Shown: positions 8,007-18,535, counted from the first letter of the stretch. The stretch: 64,000 bases of DNA from an uncultured Gemmatimonadales bacterium (GCA_963708135.1 OY970192.1:832001-896000); one strand, 5' to 3'. The notes: a model not told the origin generated them from the letters alone. A program made the numbers and translations.

Positions 8007-8293
8007 GCCCGGCGCGGATCCGACATCCAGCCTGAGGCGGCCCAGCCGGTCTCCCATGATGGACCTGATCGCGTCGGGTACGCTCTTCCTCATGGGCATC
8101 GGCGCCGGCATGGATCCGAGAACCCGGACGAGGCGCGTTCTGCGGCCTCCCATGTGGGACTCGGTCGTGCCGGGCCGCACCTCCCCGCCGGGCTGGCCAA
8201 CGGGGAGGTGAGCGGAACGGGGCCGGTGTGGATCCGATAATCCGGTCGAGGGGTCACGGACCGCCTCCAACATCGGACTCGATCGCACCGGCC
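8007..8293 (+). repeat. Three 73-nt hairpin units (B1 8007-8079, B2 8103-8175, B3 8221-8293)
   Basis: Same scaffold as A1/A2 with compensatory stem changes and distinct loops. Confidence 0.85.
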
Positions 8294-8670
8294 TATTTCT
8301 TTCGCCGCATCGATTCCTCTGTTTGGCTACAGACCGCGGTCATCGCTGGCCCCATGTACGACCGGGCAGTTTTCATCCAGTCCGAATTGTCGGTTAGCCT
8401 CTCGCAAACGCTGAATGCGGCAATCTCCTGCACCTTCGGATCCGGATGGGCGGCCAGTATTTCGAGGGAGTCGAAGACTCTCCGAATCTCGGCCCCGTCA
8501 TTCCGCTCGATCGCGGCGATAAGATGCGGGGTGAGCAGATCACCATAGATGATGTGAGGGCCGGGACGTTCAGTGCCCCACCATTCCAGTTCTTTTTCGT
8601 ACTTTTCCCTCAACTCTGGTATGCTGGTGATCAAGTGATCCACAACAGTCTCGTATTTGATCTCTGTCAT
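8293..8670 (-). CDS. Putative immunity protein for toxin tip 3
   Basis: 125 aa, TGATG coupling to Rhs stop, lower GC. Confidence 0.75.
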   Translation of the reverse strand: MTEIKYETVVDHLITSIPELREKYEKELEWWGTERPGPHIIYGDLLTPHLIAAIERNDGAEIRRVFDSLEILAAHPDPKVQEIAAFSVCERLTDNSDWMKTARSYMGPAMTAVCSQTEESMRRKK

Positions 8671-11600
8671 CAGTGCCCTCGAAGTGCATTCTGGAGGTCC
8701 GTAAGAACTCGCTGGGCGGTTGTTCGGTCGGCAGCGCTGAGCTCCTCCTGCTGAAGAATTCGTTGAAGCTGACGGGCACGCTGTTGGCCCTTGAGAAGAT
8801 GCGACCGGCCTCCCACGAGTTCACCGGTCCGTAGCTCCTCCCTGATTGCTCCAGCGGTCCCGCCAGGTAGCTTGTCGCCCGCACGGAACAGTTGCTCGAT
8901 GGCGCCTTGGAGGCGTGCGTTAGCGGCTGCCGGGATCTCATTCGCGAAGGCCCCGTACTGACGAATACGATTTGCATTTCGCAGTCCCTCAACAAGACCC
9001 CCTCCCACTGCTCCGAGGGCGGCGTCTGTGATTCCCTGGGAGAGTGTATAGTCCCCCCCGAGCGCTTTCGTGATAAGGTAACCCTCGGCGACACCTACAA
9101 CGGCACCTGCGGCGATTTCAAAGCAGATCGGGCAGAGTCCAAACGGGTCGGTATAGGAGGCCGGATTATCCCCGTTGTAGCTGTAGAGGTTGAGCCCGCC
9201 CGCAAGTCCGATGGGGTCTTCCTGCGTGAACCTCCCCAATCTGGCGTCGTAGTAGCGGTTGCGGAAGAAGGCTCCGGTCTCCTGGTTCGAGTCGCCGTTG
9301 CGGGCGGGGGCGAAGCTGTAGCTTTCGCGGATGGCACCCGACTGCGAGCCCCAGGTACTCCACGCCGGGAGCTCGTTTCCGTTCGTGTCCGTGATGCAGT
9401 TCTCGCCCTGCGGGCCCTGGAAGCTGAACAGTCGTTCGCGATGCGTGATGAAATATGCGCGCTTGTCGTTCAGGCTGCCGAGGGGACACGCAGCGTTGCC
9501 GTACATCATCAGCGGGTCGTCGAGCCCCGGCCCGTCCACGAACTCGACCGTCGAGTGCTCGATCACGTTCTGACCATCGTAGAAGGTCTCCGCGCCGGAG
9601 TGGGCATAAGCGCCGCGGATCCGCCGGCCCAGGCCGTCGTAGCGGAAGAAGGCGGTATCGGGGTGAGTGCCGGAGAGCTGGCCGGCGGCGCTGTAGTAGC
9701 GGTGCCAGGTGTAGGCGGTCCCGGCGTAGGTGCCCTGCTCGAGCGTCTCGTTGCCGTTCGCGTCGTAGCTGAAGTCGACGCTCTCCGGACCGGAGACGCC
9801 GCTGTAGTAGCGGGTCCGGCGGGTCACCTCGTTCGAGAGGCCGTCGAGCTGGAAGAGCACGCTGTCGGCGCACAGGCTGCCGCGCACGCACAGGTACTCT
9901 TTCACGCGGTTGCCGGCCTCGTCGTAGACCATGCTGTCGGTCGAGGACGTCCCTCCAGGGTGGCTCTGACTCGTATAGCGGATGCGCCCGCTCCCGTCGT
10001 AGGCCCAGCGGTCCACCCAGGTCGCGTTATTGGTCTCGTTGCCGCGGTTGACGACCGAATCAGGCCGCCCAGCGGCGTCGTAGGCGAAGCTCAGGTCCAC
10101 GGCGGTGTCACCGCTCGTGGCGTTGACGGAGATGACGCGCGCGATCTGCCCGTCTTTCGTGTAACCGTAGCTCGTTTTCGTGGTGTTGGGCAGCCAGACC
10201 GTGTCGCGCCGCCCGAGCGCGTCGTAGTGGAACGAGATCATCTCGCCAGCGGGCGTCTGGATCTGGGAGACGAGCCCGCCCGGCCCGAGGGTGTAGGTGT
10301 ACGTCCCCTTCGGCGTGCTCAGCGTATGGCGGCCCGCCCACTGATAGGCCGAGCTGTAGGTGCGCTGCGTGCCGGACCACTTGTGGAGCTGCGTGCTTGA
10401 GGCGAGGGTGCCTTCCTTGTTGAAGACCCGCGTGACCTGCGAGCTGTCCTCATCGAGCATGGTGACGTTACCGGCCGCGTCATACTGGAGGTTGATCGTC
10501 GTGCCGACCACGCCGAGGACGCCATTCTGGTAGGTGGATGAGAGGACGCGCTGCTTCGGGCGATTCACTCCGTCGTACTGGATCGCGACGGTGCTGCTGT
10601 CGCGGTTCCTGCGGAGCGTCAGGTTGCCGGCGAGGTCGTAGGCATGGAACTCCGTTGCTCCCATCCCATCGATCATCGCGGTATCCTCGCCCAGCGCGTT
10701 GTAGTGCCAGCTGCGGGAAAAGGTCATGCGCGGGTCGACAGCCGTTGTCCGGTCGCCATCCGCGTCGTACGTGAAGTGGCTCGCACGTCTGTAGACGCCG
10801 TCGTAGTGATCCACCTCGGTGAGATTCCCCAAGGCGTCATGCACGTAGGTCAAACTGTCGCCAACGGGATTGGTCACCCGCCGAACCTGGCCGTTGGCGT
10901 CGTACGCGTAGCTCGTGGTGTGACCCTCGGGCGTGGTGCTCGAGAGCAGGTTGCCAGCATTGGAATCGTCGTTGGCGAGGATGGTGCTGAGATCCTGCAC
11001 GGTATCGCCGTAGACAGGTACCGACTGCTCGGTCACGCTCGCGACCTGGCCGCGCGAGTTGTAGGTGAAGCTGGTCTCGTGACCACGCGGGTCGATGACA
11101 TTGTCGAGCGTCCCGTCCGTGGAGCTGTAGTTGAAGGTGGTCGTGTCTCGGGTCGCGCCCGAGCGCGGTGCGATGACCTTCCACGGTTTGTCGGGTGCGG
11201 CGGTCGAGTAGAGGTAGACTGTGGAATCCGCGCCCGCGCTGGATGTGAGGTCCGCGGCGTTCCGAACGCGGCCGACGACGTCGTACGCAGTGGTGGTCTG
11301 GCGGCCGTTCGGCCAATCGACCTCCTTCGGCAGCAGCGGGAAGTTGGAGTCGTACGTCAGCACGGTGGTGTTGCCCACGGCGTCGATGATCCTCGTCGGT
11401 GCCCCGAAGCGGTCGAGGTAGAACTTCGTGATCTGAATGGTGTGGGTGCGCGGTCCCCGCACCTCGAAGTCCGCGCTTGCCGCGGCGTAGGTGTCGTTCA
11501 GCCCGGTCGCGGTCGTTGCGAGGCCGAGAGTCTGGAGAGGAGTGAACGTTGTCACGGGTGTGCCGGCGCTGACCGTCGGCAGCGTGTCGGCCGCGAGCAG

Positions 11601-13796
11601 CGCGGTCTCGCCCGTATACGAGTACTTCGTCGCATGGCCAAGGCGTGAGGTCCAGCGCGTCAGCAGGTGAGCGGCGTAGGCAAGCACGATCGCGGAGTCG
11701 GGGCGGTCCGGAAGGTAGAAGTCGGTCAGATCGCCCGAGCCGTTGACGGTGATGTTCATGGCGCGCGAAGCAGGGTCGGTGACCGCGCTCAGCTTCGCGT
11801 TCGGGCTGCCGTAGGCGAAGGTGTAGACCCTGCTCTGGTCCCAGGGTGCGATGCGGATCTGGGAGACCCCACTGCCCGCCCCGCCCGTGTAGCTGTACTG
11901 CACCTTGTTCGAAACGCGATCCTGGACCCAGGTCTCCTGGCCGGCCGTGTTGAAGTAGAGCTGGGTGCCGTCGAGCAGCCGCCGGCGGTAATGGGTCGTC
12001 GAGCTCCCGCTCGGATCGACCGCTGTCTCGTAGAAGATGGTGTCGCGGTGCGCACCGACGGGGGCGAGGTAGGCGCTGCCGCCGATGGCGTCGTAGACGG
12101 CCGTGCTGCCGTCCCCGTCGACGAGCAGGACCGCGGTTCCGGATCGCTGGTTCGGGTAGAGCTCTTCGACACCCGCGATGCCCCAGCCGGCCCCGTAAGG
12201 ACCCGCGGAGCGATTCACGACGATCAGGTCGCCGCTCGCCGCCGTCTCGCAGGTGGCACAGATCGTGTCGCTGTAGACATCGGCCACCGTCAACGTGAAG
12301 GTGTGCAGGCCCGTCGTGACGCCGGCGGCCGCCGCGTCGAACCCGACCGCGATCCGACGGGCGTTGCCGCCAGGGGCAATGCGAAGGTCGTTGAACCAAC
12401 GCACGGCCCGCGTGACGCCATCGACGACGAGGGTGGCCTTAAGGCTGTCGGGCACGCGGATGCCCAGGTCGAGCGCGACATTCGCGAGCACGATCGGATA
12501 CGGCTTTGCCGTTCCGCTCGTGTAGAGCAGCGTGAGGGCGCGGTCGCGGTTCATGGTCCGGTAGGCCGGCATCCCCTGTGCGACGAGCAGCTCACCGCAT
12601 TGCGAGGCGCCGGCCGGTCCCGCGCCGACCGTGACGCACGAGGAGCGGGGCATGAGCGAACCGGGGTTGATCGCGGCGTTGACCTCGATCGGGCCCTCGG
12701 GGGCCGTGGGGTTCCCCACCGTGACGTTGTAGGAGCCGCTGTCGCTGCCGCCGGTCCCGGTGGCGGTGAGCGTGATGGTCCCGTAGCCGGCCGAGGCGGC
12801 CGAGAACCTGACGGTCACGGAGCTCGCGCCGTTCGCTCCCACCGTTACGGATGGATCGACCGAACAGTAGGTCACCTGACCGGTGAACCCGCACGCGAGC
12901 GTGTAGGTCAGAGGGGAGCCGTTCGGATTCGAGACGGTGAAGAACGCGCCATTGCCAGACGTGTTGGCGTTTACCGTCAGGCTGCCACTGTCTGGCGTCA
13001 CGGATGGAGGCAGGGTGCCCGATGGATTCACCGTGAACGTCACGGCCACGCTCTGCGGCGAGTTGTCGGCGTTCGCATCGGAGACGCTCACGCTGCCGGT
13101 GTAGGTTCCGGTGGCGAGCGTGCCGGTATGGGCCGTGACGCTGACGCTGCCGTTGCCGGTTCCAGATCCCGGGCTCACGCTCAACCAGGATGCTCCCGGT
13201 GAAGCCGTCCAGTCGAGCGTGCCGCCGCCCGAGTTGGTGACGCTCACGCTCTGTGGTGCCGGATCCGCTCCGCCCTGCGACGCGCTGAACGAGAGGCTCG
13301 TCGGACTCAGGACGATGTGCGGCGTCGTCGTCTGGAGATTGACATAGCAGTTCGTGTATTCGGCAGGTGGCGGGCTGTTCGGCAGGCTCGGCGCTGGCGA
13401 CGCGCCCTGGTTGGCGACGCTGAGCGTGACGTAGCCGTTGCTCGGGCTGGACCCGACGGCGTAGGTGATCGTCACGTCGGCGGCGCTGCCCGCCGCGATC
13501 GTGATCGAGCTCTGTACGGAGCAGGACGTAACGGGCGCCACGAACGAGCATCCGAGGTCGTACGTCGTCGTGGGGTTGTTCTTGTTGTCGAGGTGGAAGA
13601 TGGCGCCGTTTCCGCTGCTGTTGGGCGCGACCGTCATGGGCGAGTTCGTCGCCGAGACGGTCGGGAGTCCCGTCCCCGTCTCGGGGCCACCAACCGCGTG
13701 CGCTGGCTGGCCGACGAGCGCCGCGATGGCGCCGAGGGTGAGGATGCGAGCTGCGGAACGAGCGGCAGCTCGAATGGAAGGCCGCGTTCTGGGCAT
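8670..13796 (-). CDS. Full-length Rhs/YD-repeat polymorphic toxin with signal peptide and BACON/Ig-like N-terminal domains
   Basis: N-terminal basic+hydrophobic segment ending AHA; SPTSLSF...WLSVSP BACON-like; YD repeats; QEDPIG...DNPASYTDPFGL; variable C-terminal tip. Confidence 0.92.
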   Translation of the reverse strand: MPRTRPSIRAAARSAARILTLGAIAALVGQPAHAVGGPETGTGLPTVSATNSPMTVAPNSSGNGAIFHLDNKNNPTTTYDLGCSFVAPVTSCSVQSSITIAAGSAADVTITYAVGSSPSNGYVTLSVANQGASPAPSLPNSPPPAEYTNCYVNLQTTTPHIVLSPTSLSFSASQGGADPAPQSVSVTNSGGGTLDWTASPGASWLSVSPGSGTGNGSVSVTAHTGTLATGTYTGSVSVSDANADNSPQSVAVTFTVNPSGTLPPSVTPDSGSLTVNANTSGNGAFFTVSNPNGSPLTYTLACGFTGQVTYCSVDPSVTVGANGASSVTVRFSAASAGYGTITLTATGTGGSDSGSYNVTVGNPTAPEGPIEVNAAINPGSLMPRSSCVTVGAGPAGASQCGELLVAQGMPAYRTMNRDRALTLLYTSGTAKPYPIVLANVALDLGIRVPDSLKATLVVDGVTRAVRWFNDLRIAPGGNARRIAVGFDAAAAGVTTGLHTFTLTVADVYSDTICATCETAASGDLIVVNRSAGPYGAGWGIAGVEELYPNQRSGTAVLLVDGDGSTAVYDAIGGSAYLAPVGAHRDTIFYETAVDPSGSSTTHYRRRLLDGTQLYFNTAGQETWVQDRVSNKVQYSYTGGAGSGVSQIRIAPWDQSRVYTFAYGSPNAKLSAVTDPASRAMNITVNGSGDLTDFYLPDRPDSAIVLAYAAHLLTRWTSRLGHATKYSYTGETALLAADTLPTVSAGTPVTTFTPLQTLGLATTATGLNDTYAAASADFEVRGPRTHTIQITKFYLDRFGAPTRIIDAVGNTTVLTYDSNFPLLPKEVDWPNGRQTTTAYDVVGRVRNAADLTSSAGADSTVYLYSTAAPDKPWKVIAPRSGATRDTTTFNYSSTDGTLDNVIDPRGHETSFTYNSRGQVASVTEQSVPVYGDTVQDLSTILANDDSNAGNLLSSTTPEGHTTSYAYDANGQVRRVTNPVGDSLTYVHDALGNLTEVDHYDGVYRRASHFTYDADGDRTTAVDPRMTFSRSWHYNALGEDTAMIDGMGATEFHAYDLAGNLTLRRNRDSSTVAIQYDGVNRPKQRVLSSTYQNGVLGVVGTTINLQYDAAGNVTMLDEDSSQVTRVFNKEGTLASSTQLHKWSGTQRTYSSAYQWAGRHTLSTPKGTYTYTLGPGGLVSQIQTPAGEMISFHYDALGRRDTVWLPNTTKTSYGYTKDGQIARVISVNATSGDTAVDLSFAYDAAGRPDSVVNRGNETNNATWVDRWAYDGSGRIRYTSQSHPGGTSSTDSMVYDEAGNRVKEYLCVRGSLCADSVLFQLDGLSNEVTRRTRYYSGVSGPESVDFSYDANGNETLEQGTYAGTAYTWHRYYSAAGQLSGTHPDTAFFRYDGLGRRIRGAYAHSGAETFYDGQNVIEHSTVEFVDGPGLDDPLMMYGNAACPLGSLNDKRAYFITHRERLFSFQGPQGENCITDTNGNELPAWSTWGSQSGAIRESYSFAPARNGDSNQETGAFFRNRYYDARLGRFTQEDPIGLAGGLNLYSYNGDNPASYTDPFGLCPICFEIAAGAVVGVAEGYLITKALGGDYTLSQGITDAALGAVGGGLVEGLRNANRIRQYGAFANEIPAAANARLQGAIEQLFRAGDKLPGGTAGAIREELRTGELVGGRSHLLKGQQRARQLQRILQQEELSAADRTTAQRVLTDLQNALRGH
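9148..9160. repeat. 13-bp direct repeat, right junction inside rhs (A-S-Y-T-D codons)
   Basis: TCGGTATAGGAGG identical to 6112-6124. Confidence 0.85.
9207..10570. repeat. Source copy of the 1,364-bp Rhs duplication
   Basis: Matches 2844-4207. Confidence 0.9.
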
Positions 13797-13864
13797 GATG
13801 GCGCTCCCTGCTCGAGGGAATCCCGGAGCCCCGATGCCGGTGCTCCGTGGAGTGGGGCACCATC

Positions 13865-14758
13865 CTATCTATCGCGTTCGGAGAGGCCGTCGAGGTTCCA
13901 ACGTCCCGATCGGAGGTTCCAACGTACCCGTTCACGGGCAGGATCGCCGGTGGTGGCCGGCCGGGGCGCGGCGGGACGGGCATGGAGCTCCAGCCAGCGG
14001 TCAGCCAGCGCCCGCGGGTCCAGGCCGGCCCGGATCTCGGACACGGACAGCTGCAGCCGGCGGCGCAGCGATTTGCCGAGCGCCGCCGCGTCCGAGAAGC
14101 CGGCCAGGAAGGCCGCGTCCCCGGTTCTCGCGCCACGAGCGATCGAGTTGGCCGCCGGAAGCAGCCGAAACAGGAACTGGCACTGCTCCACGGTCGGGAG
14201 ACCGGCGTCGCGAACCTGGCGGAAGAGGGCGTTCCGACTGACGTGGAGCCGCGCGGCCAGCTCGGCCGGGCTCCACCGTGCGGCGTCGCTTTCCGCCAGC
14301 AGCCGGAGGAACTGGAGAACCACCACGTCCCGGATGGCCAGGGCACGGATGACGCGGCTCGCGACGATTTCCGGCGCGCCGCGGAGGAGGTCACGAATGT
14401 CGCCGCCCAGCTCGGGTCCCGGGAAGAGGAGGCGGACGCCGAACCGGGCGAGCGGGTAGACGCGCCGGACCATCTCCGGCGTCAGGTCGCCGAGGTAGGC
14501 CGCCGTCGGCACGAGCAGGCCCCGTCGGTGGAGGACGGCGATCGTGCGGCGGCCCGGGTCATCGAGCAGCACGGCCGCAAAGACGAACGCGGCCGGCGGA
14601 GCGCGGGACGTGAGGGTCCCGACCACCGCGCCCCAGCTGCCGGCGGATGCGATCGTGGCCGCCCGTCCCGCCGCTTCGTCCACGTCGCGGAACGCAGTCC
14701 CGCCGCTGATGGCCAGGACGAGGATCTCGAGAGGGTGGCGCCGCGCGTTTCCGCCCAT
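13865..14758 (-). CDS. AraC-family transcriptional regulator
   Basis: C-terminal ELAARLHVSRNALFRQ...AAFLAGFSDAAALGKSLRR double HTH; start uncertain. Confidence 0.75.
   Translation of the reverse strand: MGGNARRHPLEILVLAISGGTAFRDVDEAAGRAATIASAGSWGAVVGTLTSRAPPAAFVFAAVLLDDPGRRTIAVLHRRGLLVPTAAYLGDLTPEMVRRVYPLARFGVRLLFPGPELGGDIRDLLRGAPEIVASRVIRALAIRDVVVLQFLRLLAESDAARWSPAELAARLHVSRNALFRQVRDAGLPTVEQCQFLFRLLPAANSIARGARTGDAAFLAGFSDAAALGKSLRRRLQLSVSEIRAGLDPRALADRWLELHARPAAPRPATTGDPARERVRWNLRSGRWNLDGLSERDR
13892..13925. promoter_or_regulatory. 13-bp direct repeat at 21-bp period upstream of rhs, candidate AraC-type operator
   Basis: GAGGTTCCAACGT at 13892 and 13913. Confidence 0.5.
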
Positions 14759-15072
14759 GTCATTCCGGCGGTGTGGCGGGAGAGTGTTCGATGCCGACCG
14801 GCGCCCATCGGGCTCGTGGGGAGAGTCGCCGTTGTCTGGCTGGAAGGAGTGGCGAGGGAGTGCGAGCCGGATCGTCGCTGAGCTGCCGGAGGAGCGACAA
14901 GCCAATGGTATGTTGCGTCCAGCCGCCGTCTGACGCAGCCCCGGTTCCGTGACAGAGTTGTCAGAATCGAGTCAAGCTCTGGTTGGCACACGGCTCTGTG
15001 CACAGAACTGCACGGACATTTTCCGCGGGGCCGCCCCTGGCCCGTCCGGCGCCGGCGCCTTACCGTTTGTCC

Positions 15073-16122
15073 ATGAACCCCCCTAGCGCCGTCCGTTGGG
15101 CCGCGGATTCTCGCGCGGTCGAGGTGCTGGACCAGACCCGCCTGCCGGAGGCCGAGGTCTGGCTGCGGCTGGGGTCAGCGGCCGAGGTGGCGGAGGCGAT
15201 CCGGCGGCTGCGCGTCCGCGGCGCCCCCGCCATCGGCATCGCGGCGGCGCGCGGCCTCGCCCTGGAGCTGGCGCTCGCGACGTCGCTCGAGCCGGCGGCG
15301 TTCGATGCCCGGCTCGCCGAGACCGCCGCCACGCTGAAAGGCGCCCGCCCGACCGCGGTGAACCTGGCGTGGGCGGTGGACCGGCTGTGCGCGGTGGCGG
15401 CGGAGCACCGGGGGAAGGGACCGGGGGGCGTCGCCTGCAAGGTGTGGGGCGAGGCGGACCGGATCGCGGCGGAGGACGCGGCAATGTGCCGCGCCATCGG
15501 CGAGCACGCGCTCGGGCTGTTCCCGGAGCCCGACGGGCGGCCGCTCGAGGTGCTCACGCACTGCAACGCGGGGGCGCTGGCGACGGGCGGGATCGGCACG
15601 GCGCTGGCCGGCGTCTACCTGGCGGCGGAGCGGGGGCGCTCTGTGCACGTGTGGGTGGACGAGACGCGGCCGCTGCTCCAGGGGAGCCGGCTCACCGCGT
15701 GGGAGCTGGGCCGGGCGGGCATCCCGGCCACGGTCATCGTGGACTCGGTGGCGGCGTCGCTCATGGCGGCGGGGAAGGTGGACCTCGTGATCACGGGCGC
15801 GGACCGCATCGCGGCCAACGGCGACGCGGCGAACAAGATCGGGACCTACGCGCTGGCGGTGCTCGCGCGCCACCACGCGGTCCCGTTCTACGTGGCGGCG
15901 CCGAGCAGCACCGTGGATCCGGCCACGCCGACGGGGGCGGCGATCCCGATCGAGGAGCGCGGGGCGGACGAGGTGCGGCGCGGGTTCGGGCGGCTCACCG
16001 CGCCGGCGACGGTGCCCGTCTTCGCGCCGGCGTTCGACGTCACGCCGGCGGCGCTGATCGCCGCGATCGTGACGGACCGCGGCGTGCTGCGGCCGCCGTA
16101 CCGGTTCGGGGGAGGCGGTTGA
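15073..16122 (+). CDS. mtnA: S-methyl-5-thioribose-1-phosphate isomerase
   Basis: LDQTRLP, VRGAPAIG, RPTAVNL, THCNAGALAT, DETRPLLQG, ANKIGTY. Confidence 0.95.
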   Translation: MNPPSAVRWAADSRAVEVLDQTRLPEAEVWLRLGSAAEVAEAIRRLRVRGAPAIGIAAARGLALELALATSLEPAAFDARLAETAATLKGARPTAVNLAWAVDRLCAVAAEHRGKGPGGVACKVWGEADRIAAEDAAMCRAIGEHALGLFPEPDGRPLEVLTHCNAGALATGGIGTALAGVYLAAERGRSVHVWVDETRPLLQGSRLTAWELGRAGIPATVIVDSVAASLMAAGKVDLVITGADRIAANGDAANKIGTYALAVLARHHAVPFYVAAPSSTVDPATPTGAAIPIEERGADEVRRGFGRLTAPATVPVFAPAFDVTPAALIAAIVTDRGVLRPPYRFGGGG

Positions 16123-16123
16123 G

Positions 16124-17621
<1,498 letters not shown>

Positions 17622-17629
<8 letters not shown>

Positions 17630-18146
17630 GGCTCCGCGGGATCCGCAGGCCGGGCGCCCGCGGGCAACCCGGCGCCCGCTCCGCGTGGCGGTCTGCGGCG
17701 CCGGCGACGCGGATGCCGCGCCCGAGCTCCTCGACGCCGCGGCGACCGTCGGCCGGATGCTGGCAGAAGCCGGCGCGGTGCTCGTCTGCGGCGGCCTGGG
17801 CGGCGTCATGGAGGCCGCCGCCCGGGGCGCGGCGGACGCGGGCGGGCTGACCGTCGGCCTGCTCCCCGGCGCCGACGCGCGCGCGGCGAACCCGTTCATC
17901 TCGGTCCCGCTGCCGACGGGCCTGGGCGAGGCGCGCAACGCGCTCGTCGCGCGCACCGGCGATGCGGTGATCGCCATCGGCGGCGGCTGGGGCACGCTCT
18001 CCGAGGTGGCGTTCGCGCGGAAGGTCGGCATCCCGGTCGTGCTGCTGCGCCCCGGCCTCGCCGGCGGGCTCGGCCTGGACGAGGCCGCCAGCCCCGAGGC
18101 CGCCGTGCGCCACGCCCTGGAGCGAGCCCGGGAGCACGCGCCGTGA
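17622..18146 (+). CDS. LOG/TIGR00725-like Rossmann-fold protein
   Basis: VCGGLGGVMEAA, ARNALV, IGGGWGTLSE. Confidence 0.85.
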
Positions 18147-18535
18147 ATCCCCTCCTGCGCCTCGCCTTCGTGCTGCACCTCGGCGGCGCGCCGGCGCGGC
18201 CGCCCGTGCGCGCGGCGATGCAGCCGCGCCCCCCGGGGCACCCGGCGGCCGAGGGCGCCGCCGCTCCCGCCGGCCGCGACCCCTGGCTCGGCGAGGACAA
18301 GCTGAAGCACTTCTTCATGTCCATGGCGATCGTGAACCTCGGCTACGGCGTGGCGCGCGCAGCGGGGGTGGACCATCGGCTCGCCGTCGGGGCCGCGGCC
18401 GGCGTGGGCGCCGTTGCCGGGCTGGGGAAGGAGCTCTACGACCGGCGCACCGGCGGGGACGCGAGCGTCCGCGACCTGGCCTGGGACGCGCTCGGGGTCG
18501 TGGCCGGCGCGGTGCTGGCGGCGCACAGCAGGTGA
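18143..18535 (+). CDS. YfiM/DUF2279-like membrane protein
   Basis: DPWLGEDKLKHF...KELYD...S.RDLAWDALG. Confidence 0.7.
   Translation: MNPLLRLAFVLHLGGAPARPPVRAAMQPRPPGHPAAEGAAAPAGRDPWLGEDKLKHFFMSMAIVNLGYGVARAAGVDHRLAVGAAAGVGAVAGLGKELYDRRTGGDASVRDLAWDALGVVAGAVLAAHSR

Larger units (their letters stand above)
6125..9160 (+). mobile_element. IS110-type cargo element B (left end, transposase, ncRNA, three hairpin units, immunity 3, toxin tip 3)
   Basis: Bounded by 13-bp direct repeats; removing it fuses the Rhs core in frame to tip 2. Confidence 0.65.

Noticed and set aside
5029..8293. 73-nt units as integron attC sites or CRISPR repeats
   Set aside because: No RYYYAAC/GTTRRRY ends, no integrase or cas genes; variation is inside internal loops, not between repeats.
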